A DNA stretch of 64,000 nt, from contig CAYNNN010000001.1 in NCBI GenBank assembly GCA_964398665.1, positions 45,415-109,414 of the forward strand. Direction: 5' to 3'. Position numbers and translations under genes: made by a program. Source of the stretch: an uncultured Gammaproteobacteria bacterium. Its GTDB lineage: Bacteria; Pseudomonadota; Gammaproteobacteria; CAYNNN01. The notes below the pieces were generated by a model, which was given only the letters and a program-made list of their open reading frames with translations, was not told where the DNA came from and ran no database searches. This document shows, in pieces, positions 38,663-47,477 of this stretch; within the stretch, counting starts at the first letter, position 1, and each line of letters opens with the position of its first letter.

Positions 38663-41299
38663 ATGCCCTGGCTACCCGATCCGGCGGCGGAGCTTAAAAC
38701 GCCGCCTCACTCCTTACAGGCTGAGCAGGCCGTACTGGGTGCGTTGTTGCAGGACAATAGCGCCTGGGAGCGTATTGCCGATCGCCTGAGCGAGGTGGAC
38801 TTTTATCGGCTGGAGCACCGCCTGCTGTTTGCTGCGATTCGGGAGCTGGCCGAAGCGGGCCAGCCTTTCGATGTCGTAACGCTGGCTGACTGGCTGAATC
38901 AGCGTCAGCGCCTTGATGGCGCGGGTGGTTTGAGCTACCTGACCAGCCTGGCCCAGAATACGCCGAGTGCCAGCAACATTGTCACCTATGCCGACATCGT
39001 ACGGGAACGCGCCCTGTTGCGGGAGCTGATCCGTACCGCCAGTGATGTCGCCCAGATGGCCCACTTCCCCAAAGGCCAGTCCAGCCGGGAAATTCTGGAC
39101 AAGGCCGAAGCTCAGGTTTTTGCCATTGCCGAGCGCCACGCACGGGGCAGCGGGGGCTTTGCTCCGATCAAGTCCATCCTGGCACGGGCGATGCAGCGCA
39201 TTGAGCAGCTCAATGAACAGGATAATCCCATCACCGGGGTTGCCACCGGTTTTGACGATTTTGACCAGATGACCAGCGGCCTGCAACCCTCTGATCTGGT
39301 CATTGTGGCCGGGCGTCCGGCCATGGGCAAGACCAGCTTTGCCATGAACATCGTCGAACATGTCATCCTGCACGACAAGCGCCCGGTGGCGGTATTCAGC
39401 ATGGAAATGTCCGGGGAACAACTGGCAACCCGCATGCTGTCTTCGCTGGGCCGCATTGATCAGAGCAAGGTACGCACCGGCAGGATTGCCGAGGACGAAT
39501 GGCCCAGAATTGCCTCGGCCATCAATTTGCTGTCCAGTGCCCCGCTGTTTATTGACGATACCGGTTCCCTGACCCCGACTGAAGTCCGTGCCCGCGCCCG
39601 GCGCTTGAAACGCGAACAGCGCGACCTGGGTCTGGTGATGGTGGATTATCTCCAGTTGATGCAGGTGGCAGGAGGGGGTGAAAGCCGGGCCAATGAAATC
39701 TCGGAAATTTCCCGGTCCCTGAAGGCCCTGGCGCGCGAGCTGCACGTGCCGGTGTTGGCGCTGTCCCAGTTGAATCGGAATCTGGAACAACGTCCCAACA
39801 AGCGTCCGGTCATGTCGGATTTACGGGAATGCGTTACGGGCGATACCCTCGTGCTGCTGGCTGATGGTCGCCGATTGCCGGTGCGCACGTTGGTTGGGCA
39901 AACCCCGCAGGTCTGGTCGGTAACGTCCACCGGTGTTCTTGAGGCAGCGGCTACCGACCGGATTTGGTCGGTGGGGCGTAAGCCCCTGCTCCGTATCAGT
40001 CTTGCCAGTGGGCGCAGCATCCGCTGCTCTCTGGAGCATCGTCTACGGGGCTTGTGGGCCTGGAAACAAGCGGGTGAACTGCAAGCAGGCGACTGGTTAG
40101 CCATTGCCCGCCGGGTACCTGAGCCGCAGCAGCCACAATCCTGGTCTGAACCGGCCCTGATCCTGCTGGCGCATCTGGTGGGGAATGGGCGTTATGTCAA
40201 GCATCAGCCACTGCGTTACACCACGGCTAGTGAAGAAAATAGCCAAGCTGTCACGGCAGCAGCGCAGACTTTTGGCGCCATGGTAGCCCGTCATGCGGGA
40301 AAAGGCCCCTGGCACCAGCTGGTTATCAGTGATGGCGGCAACCACTGGCCTCCAGAGGGAATAAGCCAGTGGCTCAAGGCGTTGGGCATTTTTGGGCAAC
40401 GTTCTACTGAAAAGCGCCTGCCTACGGGCATATTTCAGCTTGCAAATTCGCAACTGGCTTTATTTCTAAGGCATTTATGGGCAACCGATGGCAGCATTCA
40501 CCTGGGTGCCAACAGGCCGCGCATTTTCTTTGCAAGCGCGAGCGTAGCGTTGGTGCACGATGTAGCAGCCCTGCTCCTGCGTTTTGGCATCATTGCCAGT
40601 GTTCGTCATGTCATTCAGGCTAATCACCAGAAAGGCCGGTTTAGCGCCGATGTTTCCGGTGCCGCCCAACAGCAAATTTTTCTGCGTGAGATCGGCGCGT
40701 TTGGGCCACACCAGGCAGCAGCTGCACAACTGCATGCTTACCTGGAAACGGTCACGCCCAATCCTGATGTGGACACCTTGCCTGAGGAGATTTTTACTTA
40801 TATCCGCACGCAAATGCACGACCGTGGCATCAGCCAGCAGCGTATGACCAGGCTGCGGGGTCCTGCGTATGGCAGCACCGCCCGCTTCAACTTTGCACCG
40901 ACTCGGACCACTGTGTGCAGTTATGCCGAACTGCTTGATGACCCCCAGTTACATCTCCTGGCCCAGGGCGATTTGTTTTGGGATCGGGTTGTACGGGTAG
41001 AGCCGGATGGAGAAGAAGAACTCTTTGATCTGACAGTGCCTGGCAATGCGTGTTGGCTGGCTGATGGGATTGTCAGCCATAACTCGGGATCGATAGAGCA
41101 GGATGCTGATGTGATCGTTTTTATTTATCGGGATGAAGTTTATAACGAAAACAGCCCGGAGAAGGGCACGGCAGAAATCATCATCGGCAAGCAGCGCAAT
41201 GGCCCAACCGGTATAGTACGCCTGACCTTTCTGGGCCAGCATACCCGGTTTGAAAATTATCTGGCACCGGAGACTTACGCGAGCCTGGGGGGTAATTGA
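38663..41299 (+). CDS. dnaB: replicative DNA helicase DnaB, intein-containing precursor
   Basis: 878 aa against about 460 for DnaB. The N- and C-exteins are typical DnaB (Walker A GRPAMGKTSF...; C-terminal ...GSIEQDADVIVFIYRDEVY...), split by an insert at ...MSDLRE|C...HN|SGSIEQ. Confidence 0.9.
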   Translation: MPWLPDPAAELKTPPHSLQAEQAVLGALLQDNSAWERIADRLSEVDFYRLEHRLLFAAIRELAEAGQPFDVVTLADWLNQRQRLDGAGGLSYLTSLAQNTPSASNIVTYADIVRERALLRELIRTASDVAQMAHFPKGQSSREILDKAEAQVFAIAERHARGSGGFAPIKSILARAMQRIEQLNEQDNPITGVATGFDDFDQMTSGLQPSDLVIVAGRPAMGKTSFAMNIVEHVILHDKRPVAVFSMEMSGEQLATRMLSSLGRIDQSKVRTGRIAEDEWPRIASAINLLSSAPLFIDDTGSLTPTEVRARARRLKREQRDLGLVMVDYLQLMQVAGGGESRANEISEISRSLKALARELHVPVLALSQLNRNLEQRPNKRPVMSDLRECVTGDTLVLLADGRRLPVRTLVGQTPQVWSVTSTGVLEAAATDRIWSVGRKPLLRISLASGRSIRCSLEHRLRGLWAWKQAGELQAGDWLAIARRVPEPQQPQSWSEPALILLAHLVGNGRYVKHQPLRYTTASEENSQAVTAAAQTFGAMVARHAGKGPWHQLVISDGGNHWPPEGISQWLKALGIFGQRSTEKRLPTGIFQLANSQLALFLRHLWATDGSIHLGANRPRIFFASASVALVHDVAALLLRFGIIASVRHVIQANHQKGRFSADVSGAAQQQIFLREIGAFGPHQAAAAQLHAYLETVTPNPDVDTLPEEIFTYIRTQMHDRGISQQRMTRLRGPAYGSTARFNFAPTRTTVCSYAELLDDPQLHLLAQGDLFWDRVVRVEPDGEEELFDLTVPGNACWLADGIVSHNSGSIEQDADVIVFIYRDEVYNENSPEKGTAEIIIGKQRNGPTGIVRLTFLGQHTRFENYLAPETYASLGGN
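39830..41083 (+). other. DnaB intein (~418 aa) with LAGLIDADG-type homing-endonuclease core
   Basis: Begins CVTGDTLVLLADG (Cys1, block A) and ends ...GIVSHN followed by Ser+1. Internal dodecapeptide-like motifs are LLAHLVGNGRY and LFLRHLWATDGSIH. The host site is the same DnaB site used by known DnaB inteins. Confidence 0.8.
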
Positions 41300-42372
41300 T
41301 GGCACCCTGGATGCAGGTTGATTCGGCAGCCTTGCACCACAATCTGCGTCGAGTACGCCAGCTGGCCCCACACAGCCGGGTTTTGGCCATGCTCAAGGCC
41401 AACGCCTATGGGCATGGGCTGGGTACGGTGGCCCGTTGTCTGACAACCGCAGTGGATGCCTATGCGGTGGCACGTTTGCCCGAGGCTGTCAGCCTGCGGA
41501 CTCAGGGTATTACGCAGCGCCTGGTGCTGCTGTCCGGTCCGGAAACCGCCCACGATCTGGCTGAAGCAGCCCACCTGAATCTGGATTGGGTGGTTCATTC
41601 GCCTTATCAGGTTGAATTGCTGGAGCAGGCAGCGCCAAGCACACCGCTGCGGATCTGGCTGAAATTTGATACGGGGATGCACCGTCTGGGCTTGCCACTG
41701 GAGGCTGCGGCCGCCGTCGTGGCCCGGCTCCAGCGTCTGACCGGCCTGAGCGAACTGTTGCTGATGACCCACCTGGCTGCCAGTGATGACCGGACCAGCC
41801 CAACGACGGCCTTGCAGCTGGAAGCGTTTCAGCGCCTGCGCGCCCAGTTCCCGGCCCTGGCCAGCAGTGCTGCCAATTCTGGTGCCATCCTGGGCTGGCC
41901 GGCCAGTCACCTGGACTGGGTACGGCCCGGAATCATGCTCTATGGCGTTTCACCTTATGCCGGCCGCTGCGGTGTTGAGGACGATTTACGCCCGGTCATG
42001 CAACTGAATACCCGCCTGCTGGCCGTTTACCCACGTCAGGCCGGCGATCGGATTGGCTACGGCGGGACCGGCCGCTGCCCGGTCGCCATGCCGGTAGGCG
42101 TGGCTGCCATCGGCTATGGGGATGGTTATCCCCGCCAGTTGGGCAACCGGGGCTGGGCCTGGGTCAATGGTCAGCGGGCACCTTTGCTGGGGCGGGTCTC
42201 CATGGATTTGCTGACACTGGATTTGCGCGCCTGTCCCGATGCGTGCCCCGGCGATCCGGTTTTGCTCTGGGGTACGGCTTTACCCGTGGAACATCTGGCT
42301 GCGGTGGCCGATACCATTGCTTACGAGCTGCTCTGTCAGGTCAATGCCCGATCCGTGCCAACGGTGCTATAG
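41296..42372 (+). CDS. alr: alanine racemase
   Basis: ...VLAMLKANAYGHGL... PLP-Lys motif. It overlaps the dnaB stop. Confidence 0.9.
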   Translation: MMAPWMQVDSAALHHNLRRVRQLAPHSRVLAMLKANAYGHGLGTVARCLTTAVDAYAVARLPEAVSLRTQGITQRLVLLSGPETAHDLAEAAHLNLDWVVHSPYQVELLEQAAPSTPLRIWLKFDTGMHRLGLPLEAAAAVVARLQRLTGLSELLLMTHLAASDDRTSPTTALQLEAFQRLRAQFPALASSAANSGAILGWPASHLDWVRPGIMLYGVSPYAGRCGVEDDLRPVMQLNTRLLAVYPRQAGDRIGYGGTGRCPVAMPVGVAAIGYGDGYPRQLGNRGWAWVNGQRAPLLGRVSMDLLTLDLRACPDACPGDPVLLWGTALPVEHLAAVADTIAYELLCQVNARSVPTVL

Positions 42373-42404
42373 TGGCGCCCCTTTCTGCGACACAAGGTTA
42401 ACCA

Positions 42405-43616
42405 ATGGCTGTAGGTGTAACGACGACACTGCCACCTTTGGCAGAGATTGCCGGCGTGCGTTTGGGTGTGGCCCAGGCCGGGATCAAACGCGCCGGGCGA
42501 GATGATGTCCTGCTGGTTGAGCTGGCCGCGGGTAGCACCGTAGCGGCCGTATTTACCCAGAATGCCTTTTGTGCTGCCCCGGTCAGCGTGGCCCGGCAAC
42601 ATCTGGCCGAGATCATGCCTCGGTGGTGGCTGGTCAATTCCGGCAATGCCAATGCCGGGACGGGGGCGGTGGGTCTGGCGGATGCACACGCTTGCTGCGC
42701 AGCGGTAGCGGCTTTGGGCCAAGGCCAGCCGGAACAGGTGCTGCCGTTTTCGACCGGGGTGATTGGGGAACCATTGCCGGTGGCCAAAATCAGTGCCGCG
42801 TTACCGCAGGCGTTTGCGCACCTGCATCCGGGCCATTGGGCGCAGGCTGCCCACGCGATCATGACCACGGATACCGTACCCAAGGCGCGGAGCCGGACCC
42901 TGATGCTGCAAGGCCGTCCCATCCACCTGACCGGGATTGCCAAGGGTGCCGGCATGATTCACCCGAATATGGCCACGTTACTGGCGTTCCTGGCCACGGA
43001 TGCTGCCCTGCCCGCACCCCAATTGCAGGCAGCCCTGAAACAGGCCGTCGCTGGCAGCTTTAATGCCATCAGCATTGATGGCGACACTTCAACCAACGAC
43101 GCCTGCGTGTTATGTGCGACTGGTCAGGCAGGTGCCTTGCTGAGTACGGCTGATTACCAGCAATTTTGTAGCGCCCTGGATGACCTGTGCCAGGAATTGG
43201 CGCAACTGATCGTGCGCGATGGTGAAGGCGCGACCAAATTCATCACCATTCAGGTCGAGGCTGCCGCCAGTGTGGCAGAGGCCCGGCAGGTGGCCTACAC
43301 GGTGGCCCATTCACCGCTGGTCAAAACCGCGCTGTTTGCCAGCGACCCCAACTGGGGCCGGATTCTCGCTGCCGTGGGCCGGGCAGGTGTCGAGGCGCTG
43401 GCTGTCGAGCAGGTTGCCATTTACCTGGGCGAGGTGTGTATCGTCCGGGCTGGGGCACGGGCTGCCGATTACACGGAACAGGCGGGTGCCGCCGTCATGC
43501 AGGCTGCGGAAATTCCCATCCGCATCATGCTGGGACGAGGCACCGCTCAGGCCACGGTCTGGACCTGCGATTTTTCCTATGATTACGTCAGGATCAACGC
43601 TGAATACCGCACCTGA
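42405..43616 (+). CDS. argJ: bifunctional glutamate N-acetyltransferase / amino-acid acetyltransferase ArgJ
   Basis: ...ATLLAFLATDAA... autoproteolytic T site and the C-terminal ...TCDFSYDYVRINAEYRT. Confidence 0.9.
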   Translation: MAVGVTTTLPPLAEIAGVRLGVAQAGIKRAGRDDVLLVELAAGSTVAAVFTQNAFCAAPVSVARQHLAEIMPRWWLVNSGNANAGTGAVGLADAHACCAAVAALGQGQPEQVLPFSTGVIGEPLPVAKISAALPQAFAHLHPGHWAQAAHAIMTTDTVPKARSRTLMLQGRPIHLTGIAKGAGMIHPNMATLLAFLATDAALPAPQLQAALKQAVAGSFNAISIDGDTSTNDACVLCATGQAGALLSTADYQQFCSALDDLCQELAQLIVRDGEGATKFITIQVEAAASVAEARQVAYTVAHSPLVKTALFASDPNWGRILAAVGRAGVEALAVEQVAIYLGEVCIVRAGARAADYTEQAGAAVMQAAEIPIRIMLGRGTAQATVWTCDFSYDYVRINAEYRT

Positions 43617-43622
43617 AGCTGC

Positions 43623-44561
43623 ATGAAGCCACCGTTGGCCGTAGTTGTGGGTCTGGTGCGCGATGCCCAGGGGCGCCTCCTGCTGGCGCACCGGCAGGTG
43701 CGCCAATCTTACCGGGACTATTGGGAATTTCCCGGGGGCAAGCAAGAACTGGGGGAAACGCCGGCATTTACCCTGCAACGTGAACTGGCAGAAGAAATCG
43801 GCATTACGGTCACTCAGGCCCGGCCCTGGCGCCAGCTTTGCTATGCCTATCCCGAATACACCGTGCAGCTGGCGGTCTGGGAAGTACAGGCCTATCAGGG
43901 CACGCCGTGGGGTCGTGAAGGTCAGGCGCTGGCTTGGGTAGCCCCGGAAGCTTTGGCTACCTATCCAGTCTTGCCGGGTAATCGTGCGCTTGTCGCCGCC
44001 CTGCAACTCCCGAGTCTCTACGCCATTACGCCGCCGCAGCAGGCGCTGACCGACTGGGCGTCGTTACAGGGCCTGTTGGCAGGTGGGGTCAGGCTCGTGC
44101 AATGGCGGCGGGCGCACTTGGCCGAGGCCGAGGTTGCACAGGCATTACGCACTTGCCAGGCAGCCGGGGCACAGTTGCTGGTCAATACCACGCCTGAGCA
44201 GGCTGCGGCCTGGGGTGCGGCTGGCGTGCATTTGTCGGTACGTGCGCTGAGGGCCTGGACGGCGGGCGGGGCAGCTCGGCCTGCGGGCTTGCACTGGATT
44301 GCGGCTTCTACCCATGACCCTGCAGAATTGGCTCAGGCCCAGGCTGCGGGAGCGGATTTTGCAGTATTAGGACCAGTGGCAGCGAGCATGACCCATCCCC
44401 AGACCCAGCCACTGGGTTGGGCGCAGTGGTCAGCCTGGGTGCGGCAGCAGGCGCTGCCTGTCTATGCCCTGGGCGGCCTGCAACGGGCCGATTTGGCGGC
44501 GGCCTTGGCGGCGGGGGCACAGGGCGTGGCAGCGATACGGGGTTTATGGCCGCAAGACTAG
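43623..44561 (+). CDS. mutT: Nudix hydrolase MutT fused to a thiamine-phosphate-synthase-like (TMP-TENI) domain
   Basis: Nudix box GGKQELGETPAFTLQRELAEEIGI, then a TIM-barrel ThiE-like C-terminal half. Confidence 0.8.
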   Translation: MKPPLAVVVGLVRDAQGRLLLAHRQVRQSYRDYWEFPGGKQELGETPAFTLQRELAEEIGITVTQARPWRQLCYAYPEYTVQLAVWEVQAYQGTPWGREGQALAWVAPEALATYPVLPGNRALVAALQLPSLYAITPPQQALTDWASLQGLLAGGVRLVQWRRAHLAEAEVAQALRTCQAAGAQLLVNTTPEQAAAWGAAGVHLSVRALRAWTAGGAARPAGLHWIAASTHDPAELAQAQAAGADFAVLGPVAASMTHPQTQPLGWAQWSAWVRQQALPVYALGGLQRADLAAALAAGAQGVAAIRGLWPQD

Positions 44562-45019
44562 GCGGCTGGGGCTTGCTCTGGCTGGGGCTGGCGCTGGGGG
44601 GCTTTTATCTGGCGCCCCGGTTGCGCCATTATCTGGACCATCGCACTGAAGCTTATCCTGTGCGGCAGCTGGGCAGCGTTTCATGCACGCCGGGGACAGC
44701 CTGTAGCGTCCAGCAGGCGGAGTACCAACTGCGCCTGGCCCTGCCCGCAGACCTGCGGACCCTGACACCGCAGGTGGTCCATCTGGCAGTAACAGGTCTG
44801 GCGCCTGAACGACTGGAAGCCCAATTTTTGATGCAGGGCATGGAGATGAATTTACCGCCTACCTCATTTCAGCCTACCCGGATGCCGGGCCTCTGGCAGG
44901 CAACCGTGATCCTGCCTATCTGTAGCCTGGGGCGCAGCGATTGGCAGATGCAGGTACGTGCCGTGGCGGCTAACCAGCCATTTCAGGCTGAATTCAACTT
45001 CCAGTTGACGCGGCCATAA
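44546..45019 (+). CDS. hypothetical small membrane-anchored protein
   Basis: An internal ATG gives MAARLGGWGLLWLGLALGGFYLAP (a TM segment) followed by about 130 aa of soluble domain. It overlaps the mutT 3' end, and its 3' end overlaps coaE convergently. Coding status is uncertain. Confidence 0.35.
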   Translation: MAARLGGWGLLWLGLALGGFYLAPRLRHYLDHRTEAYPVRQLGSVSCTPGTACSVQQAEYQLRLALPADLRTLTPQVVHLAVTGLAPERLEAQFLMQGMEMNLPPTSFQPTRMPGLWQATVILPICSLGRSDWQMQVRAVAANQPFQAEFNFQLTRP

Positions 45020-45611
45020 GGGCAAGCCGACCATATTCAAGATGCAGGCGCTGCACCTGAGCACCCAAGGCCTGAAGGTTGGTGGTATTCTCAATGACCT
45101 CATGCGCATGGGCCAAGCGTTCGGCATCACTGCACTGCACTGCGATGATGGCCTGCGCTTCAGCCTGAGTCAGGCCATCGCGGGTCATCAGGCGCTGAAG
45201 CTGCTGCTGGGGCGAGGTAGTGACCACCAGCACCCGCTGTAGCCAGGCAGGTCGTCCGGTTTCGACCAGCAAGGGAATGACAAACAGGCCATAAGCTGCC
45301 GTGCAGGTAGCCGCCCAGGCCTGCATCCGGGCATCAATCAGCGGGTGCAGCAAGGCTTCCAGCCCCCGGCGGGCCTCGGCGTGGGTAAAGATGTGCTGGC
45401 GCAACCGGGTCCGGTCGAGCGTGCCGTCGGGACGCAGCATGATCGGCCCAAACCGGGCTACGATGGCTGCCAGCGCCGGCTGGCCAGGCGCGACCAATTC
45501 CCGGCTGATGAGATCGGCGTCTGCAACCGGTACCCCCAGCGCGGCAAACTGGGCGGCAACAGCCGATTTACCGCTGGCAATTCCGCCGGTCAGGCCAATA
45601 GCGTATACCAT
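44994..45611 (-). CDS. coaE: dephospho-CoA kinase
   Basis: MVYAIGLTGGIASGKSAV... P-loop. Confidence 0.9.
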   Translation of the reverse strand: MVYAIGLTGGIASGKSAVAAQFAALGVPVADADLISRELVAPGQPALAAIVARFGPIMLRPDGTLDRTRLRQHIFTHAEARRGLEALLHPLIDARMQAWAATCTAAYGLFVIPLLVETGRPAWLQRVLVVTTSPQQQLQRLMTRDGLTQAEAQAIIAVQCSDAERLAHAHEVIENTTNLQALGAQVQRLHLEYGRLALMAASTGS

Positions 45612-45662
45612 GGGGTAACCTCAATTAACATTCAAATCAATATCAGAAGCTGTCTGGCGCAC

Positions 45663-47477
45663 ATGAGCACGACTGGCCGATACCTTTTATTATTATTTAT
45701 AATCAGTAGCTTATTTTCACTGTATGCCAGCTTTCTGGCCGTTGATCCCCTGGCGCAACGCAGCTGGCTTCCAGCCTACCTGATTTATCCACTAGCCTTG
45801 GCAACTGCCTTATGGGTATTGAGCCTGCTGCCGTTGTTGACTCAAACCGCCATCTCTGTCCGCTGGCAGCGCAGGCATCTGGGGGTTTTCCTGGCCATCC
45901 TGGCGGCATGGGGGTTCATGATCAGTCGCAATGCCCCGCAATTTAACATCGTTCAGGACGAATATGTGTTATCGGCAACCGCAATGAACTTGCATTATAA
46001 CCGGAGCGCTGCGGTCCCGAATCGTGGGCAATGGATTAATAACCAATATATTCTCTCAGATGGCTATCTGGATAAACGTCCTCTGTTTTTTCCGTTGGTG
46101 CTTGCCACACTCCATGATTTGCGGGGCTATGATGTGCAAAATGTCTTCTACCTGAATGCGCTGCTGGCATTGCTCTTGCTGTGGCTAAGCTATGTGCTGG
46201 TCAGGCGGCTGGGTGGAGATGATCTCAGTGCGTTATTTGCCGTCATGGCGTTGGCCTCCATTCCCCTCATCAGCCAAAGTGCTACCGGCGGTGGATTTGA
46301 GTTGCTCAATAGTGTGATGCTACTTGCCACTCTCTTGCTCGGTGCTCGCTTTAGCTGCAAGCCTGACCCACGAAGTTTAACGGCACTGGCTTACACAACT
46401 TTTCTCCTTGCCCAAACCCGCTATGAGTCTATTACGTTTGTCCTGGCAACGGGGGCACTCATCCTTTGGGTTTGGTGGCGAGAACAACGTATCATTTTAA
46501 CTTATCAAGTAGTCTTACTACCTTTATTGTTTATTTTGCCGATGCTGGCACTACAGGCCGTCGTGCTGGATCGCTACTGGTTGCAACTTGAGGATCATCA
46601 AGCGGCTGCCTTTACCTTGAATTATGCCTGGAATAATACAGCCAAGCTCATCGCTTATCTATTCCAGTTGAATCCCTACGGCGGCATGAATCCGGTCACT
46701 GCCAGTTTGCTGGTCTTTGGCCTCTTGGCCTTCCTGCGTCATTTACTGCGCCCGACCTATATCGCATTCAATCTGTTCCTTGTCATCGTATTGTGCAATT
46801 TGCTGCTGCTGATGGGATATTACTGGGGAGACATGAGCGATTTCAATGCGCGCAGATTACTGATTGTAACCCTGGTCATCATGGCCATCAGTACTGCCCT
46901 GGTGCTTAACCATTTCCCCAGGCTGCGCACGGGAGCAGGCATGGTTCTGGCGGCAGGATTTATCGGCATTACCATCCCCCATACTGGCCAACATGCTTAT
47001 GGCAATGCTATCCTGCTGCCCAAGGCAGATAGCTGGGCCTTGGCCTACTTGCGCGCTGATGATTGGGGAAATGAACGGATCTTGATTGCTAAAGATGTAT
47101 ATTTCTTTATTATTCAAAGATATAATGTGATAGGTACGGTTCATGCCCAACAGCGGGCAGAAAAGATTCGCCAGGCCAAAAATCATGCCATTGCTGATCC
47201 TTATGCTTACCAGACGTACTTTATCAACCCGGCGACTGGCAAGAAAAGCTATGTCAGCTGTCATGACATTAGCCCGCAATTTTCACTTGACCCATTGATA
47301 CATCGAGCGGTAGGCCCCTATTTATATGCCAGTATCGGTCGAGTGACAAACGTGCAGCCTGCGCCCTATGTGATGGAACAGGATGCAGCCTGTGCGCATG
47401 AAATACGCACTGGTAATGCCAACTTTCCCAAGCTGACTCAAGGGGTGCAGCAAAATTGGTTCAGCCATTATCCCTGA
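45663..47477 (+). CDS. large polytopic membrane protein, candidate GT-C-fold glycosyltransferase (paralog A), in low-GC insert
   Basis: ATG at 45663 (MSTTGRYLLLLFIISSLF...) lies after the coaE start. The track ORF extends further only in antisense. It has about 11-13 TM segments, an acidic DEY motif in the first predicted periplasmic loop, the motif YLDKRPLFFPLVLATLHD, and a roughly 150-aa soluble C-terminal domain. Local GC is visibly lower than the flanks. Confidence 0.6.
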   Translation: MSTTGRYLLLLFIISSLFSLYASFLAVDPLAQRSWLPAYLIYPLALATALWVLSLLPLLTQTAISVRWQRRHLGVFLAILAAWGFMISRNAPQFNIVQDEYVLSATAMNLHYNRSAAVPNRGQWINNQYILSDGYLDKRPLFFPLVLATLHDLRGYDVQNVFYLNALLALLLLWLSYVLVRRLGGDDLSALFAVMALASIPLISQSATGGGFELLNSVMLLATLLLGARFSCKPDPRSLTALAYTTFLLAQTRYESITFVLATGALILWVWWREQRIILTYQVVLLPLLFILPMLALQAVVLDRYWLQLEDHQAAAFTLNYAWNNTAKLIAYLFQLNPYGGMNPVTASLLVFGLLAFLRHLLRPTYIAFNLFLVIVLCNLLLLMGYYWGDMSDFNARRLLIVTLVIMAISTALVLNHFPRLRTGAGMVLAAGFIGITIPHTGQHAYGNAILLPKADSWALAYLRADDWGNERILIAKDVYFFIIQRYNVIGTVHAQQRAEKIRQAKNHAIADPYAYQTYFINPATGKKSYVSCHDISPQFSLDPLIHRAVGPYLYASIGRVTNVQPAPYVMEQDAACAHEIRTGNANFPKLTQGVQQNWFSHYP

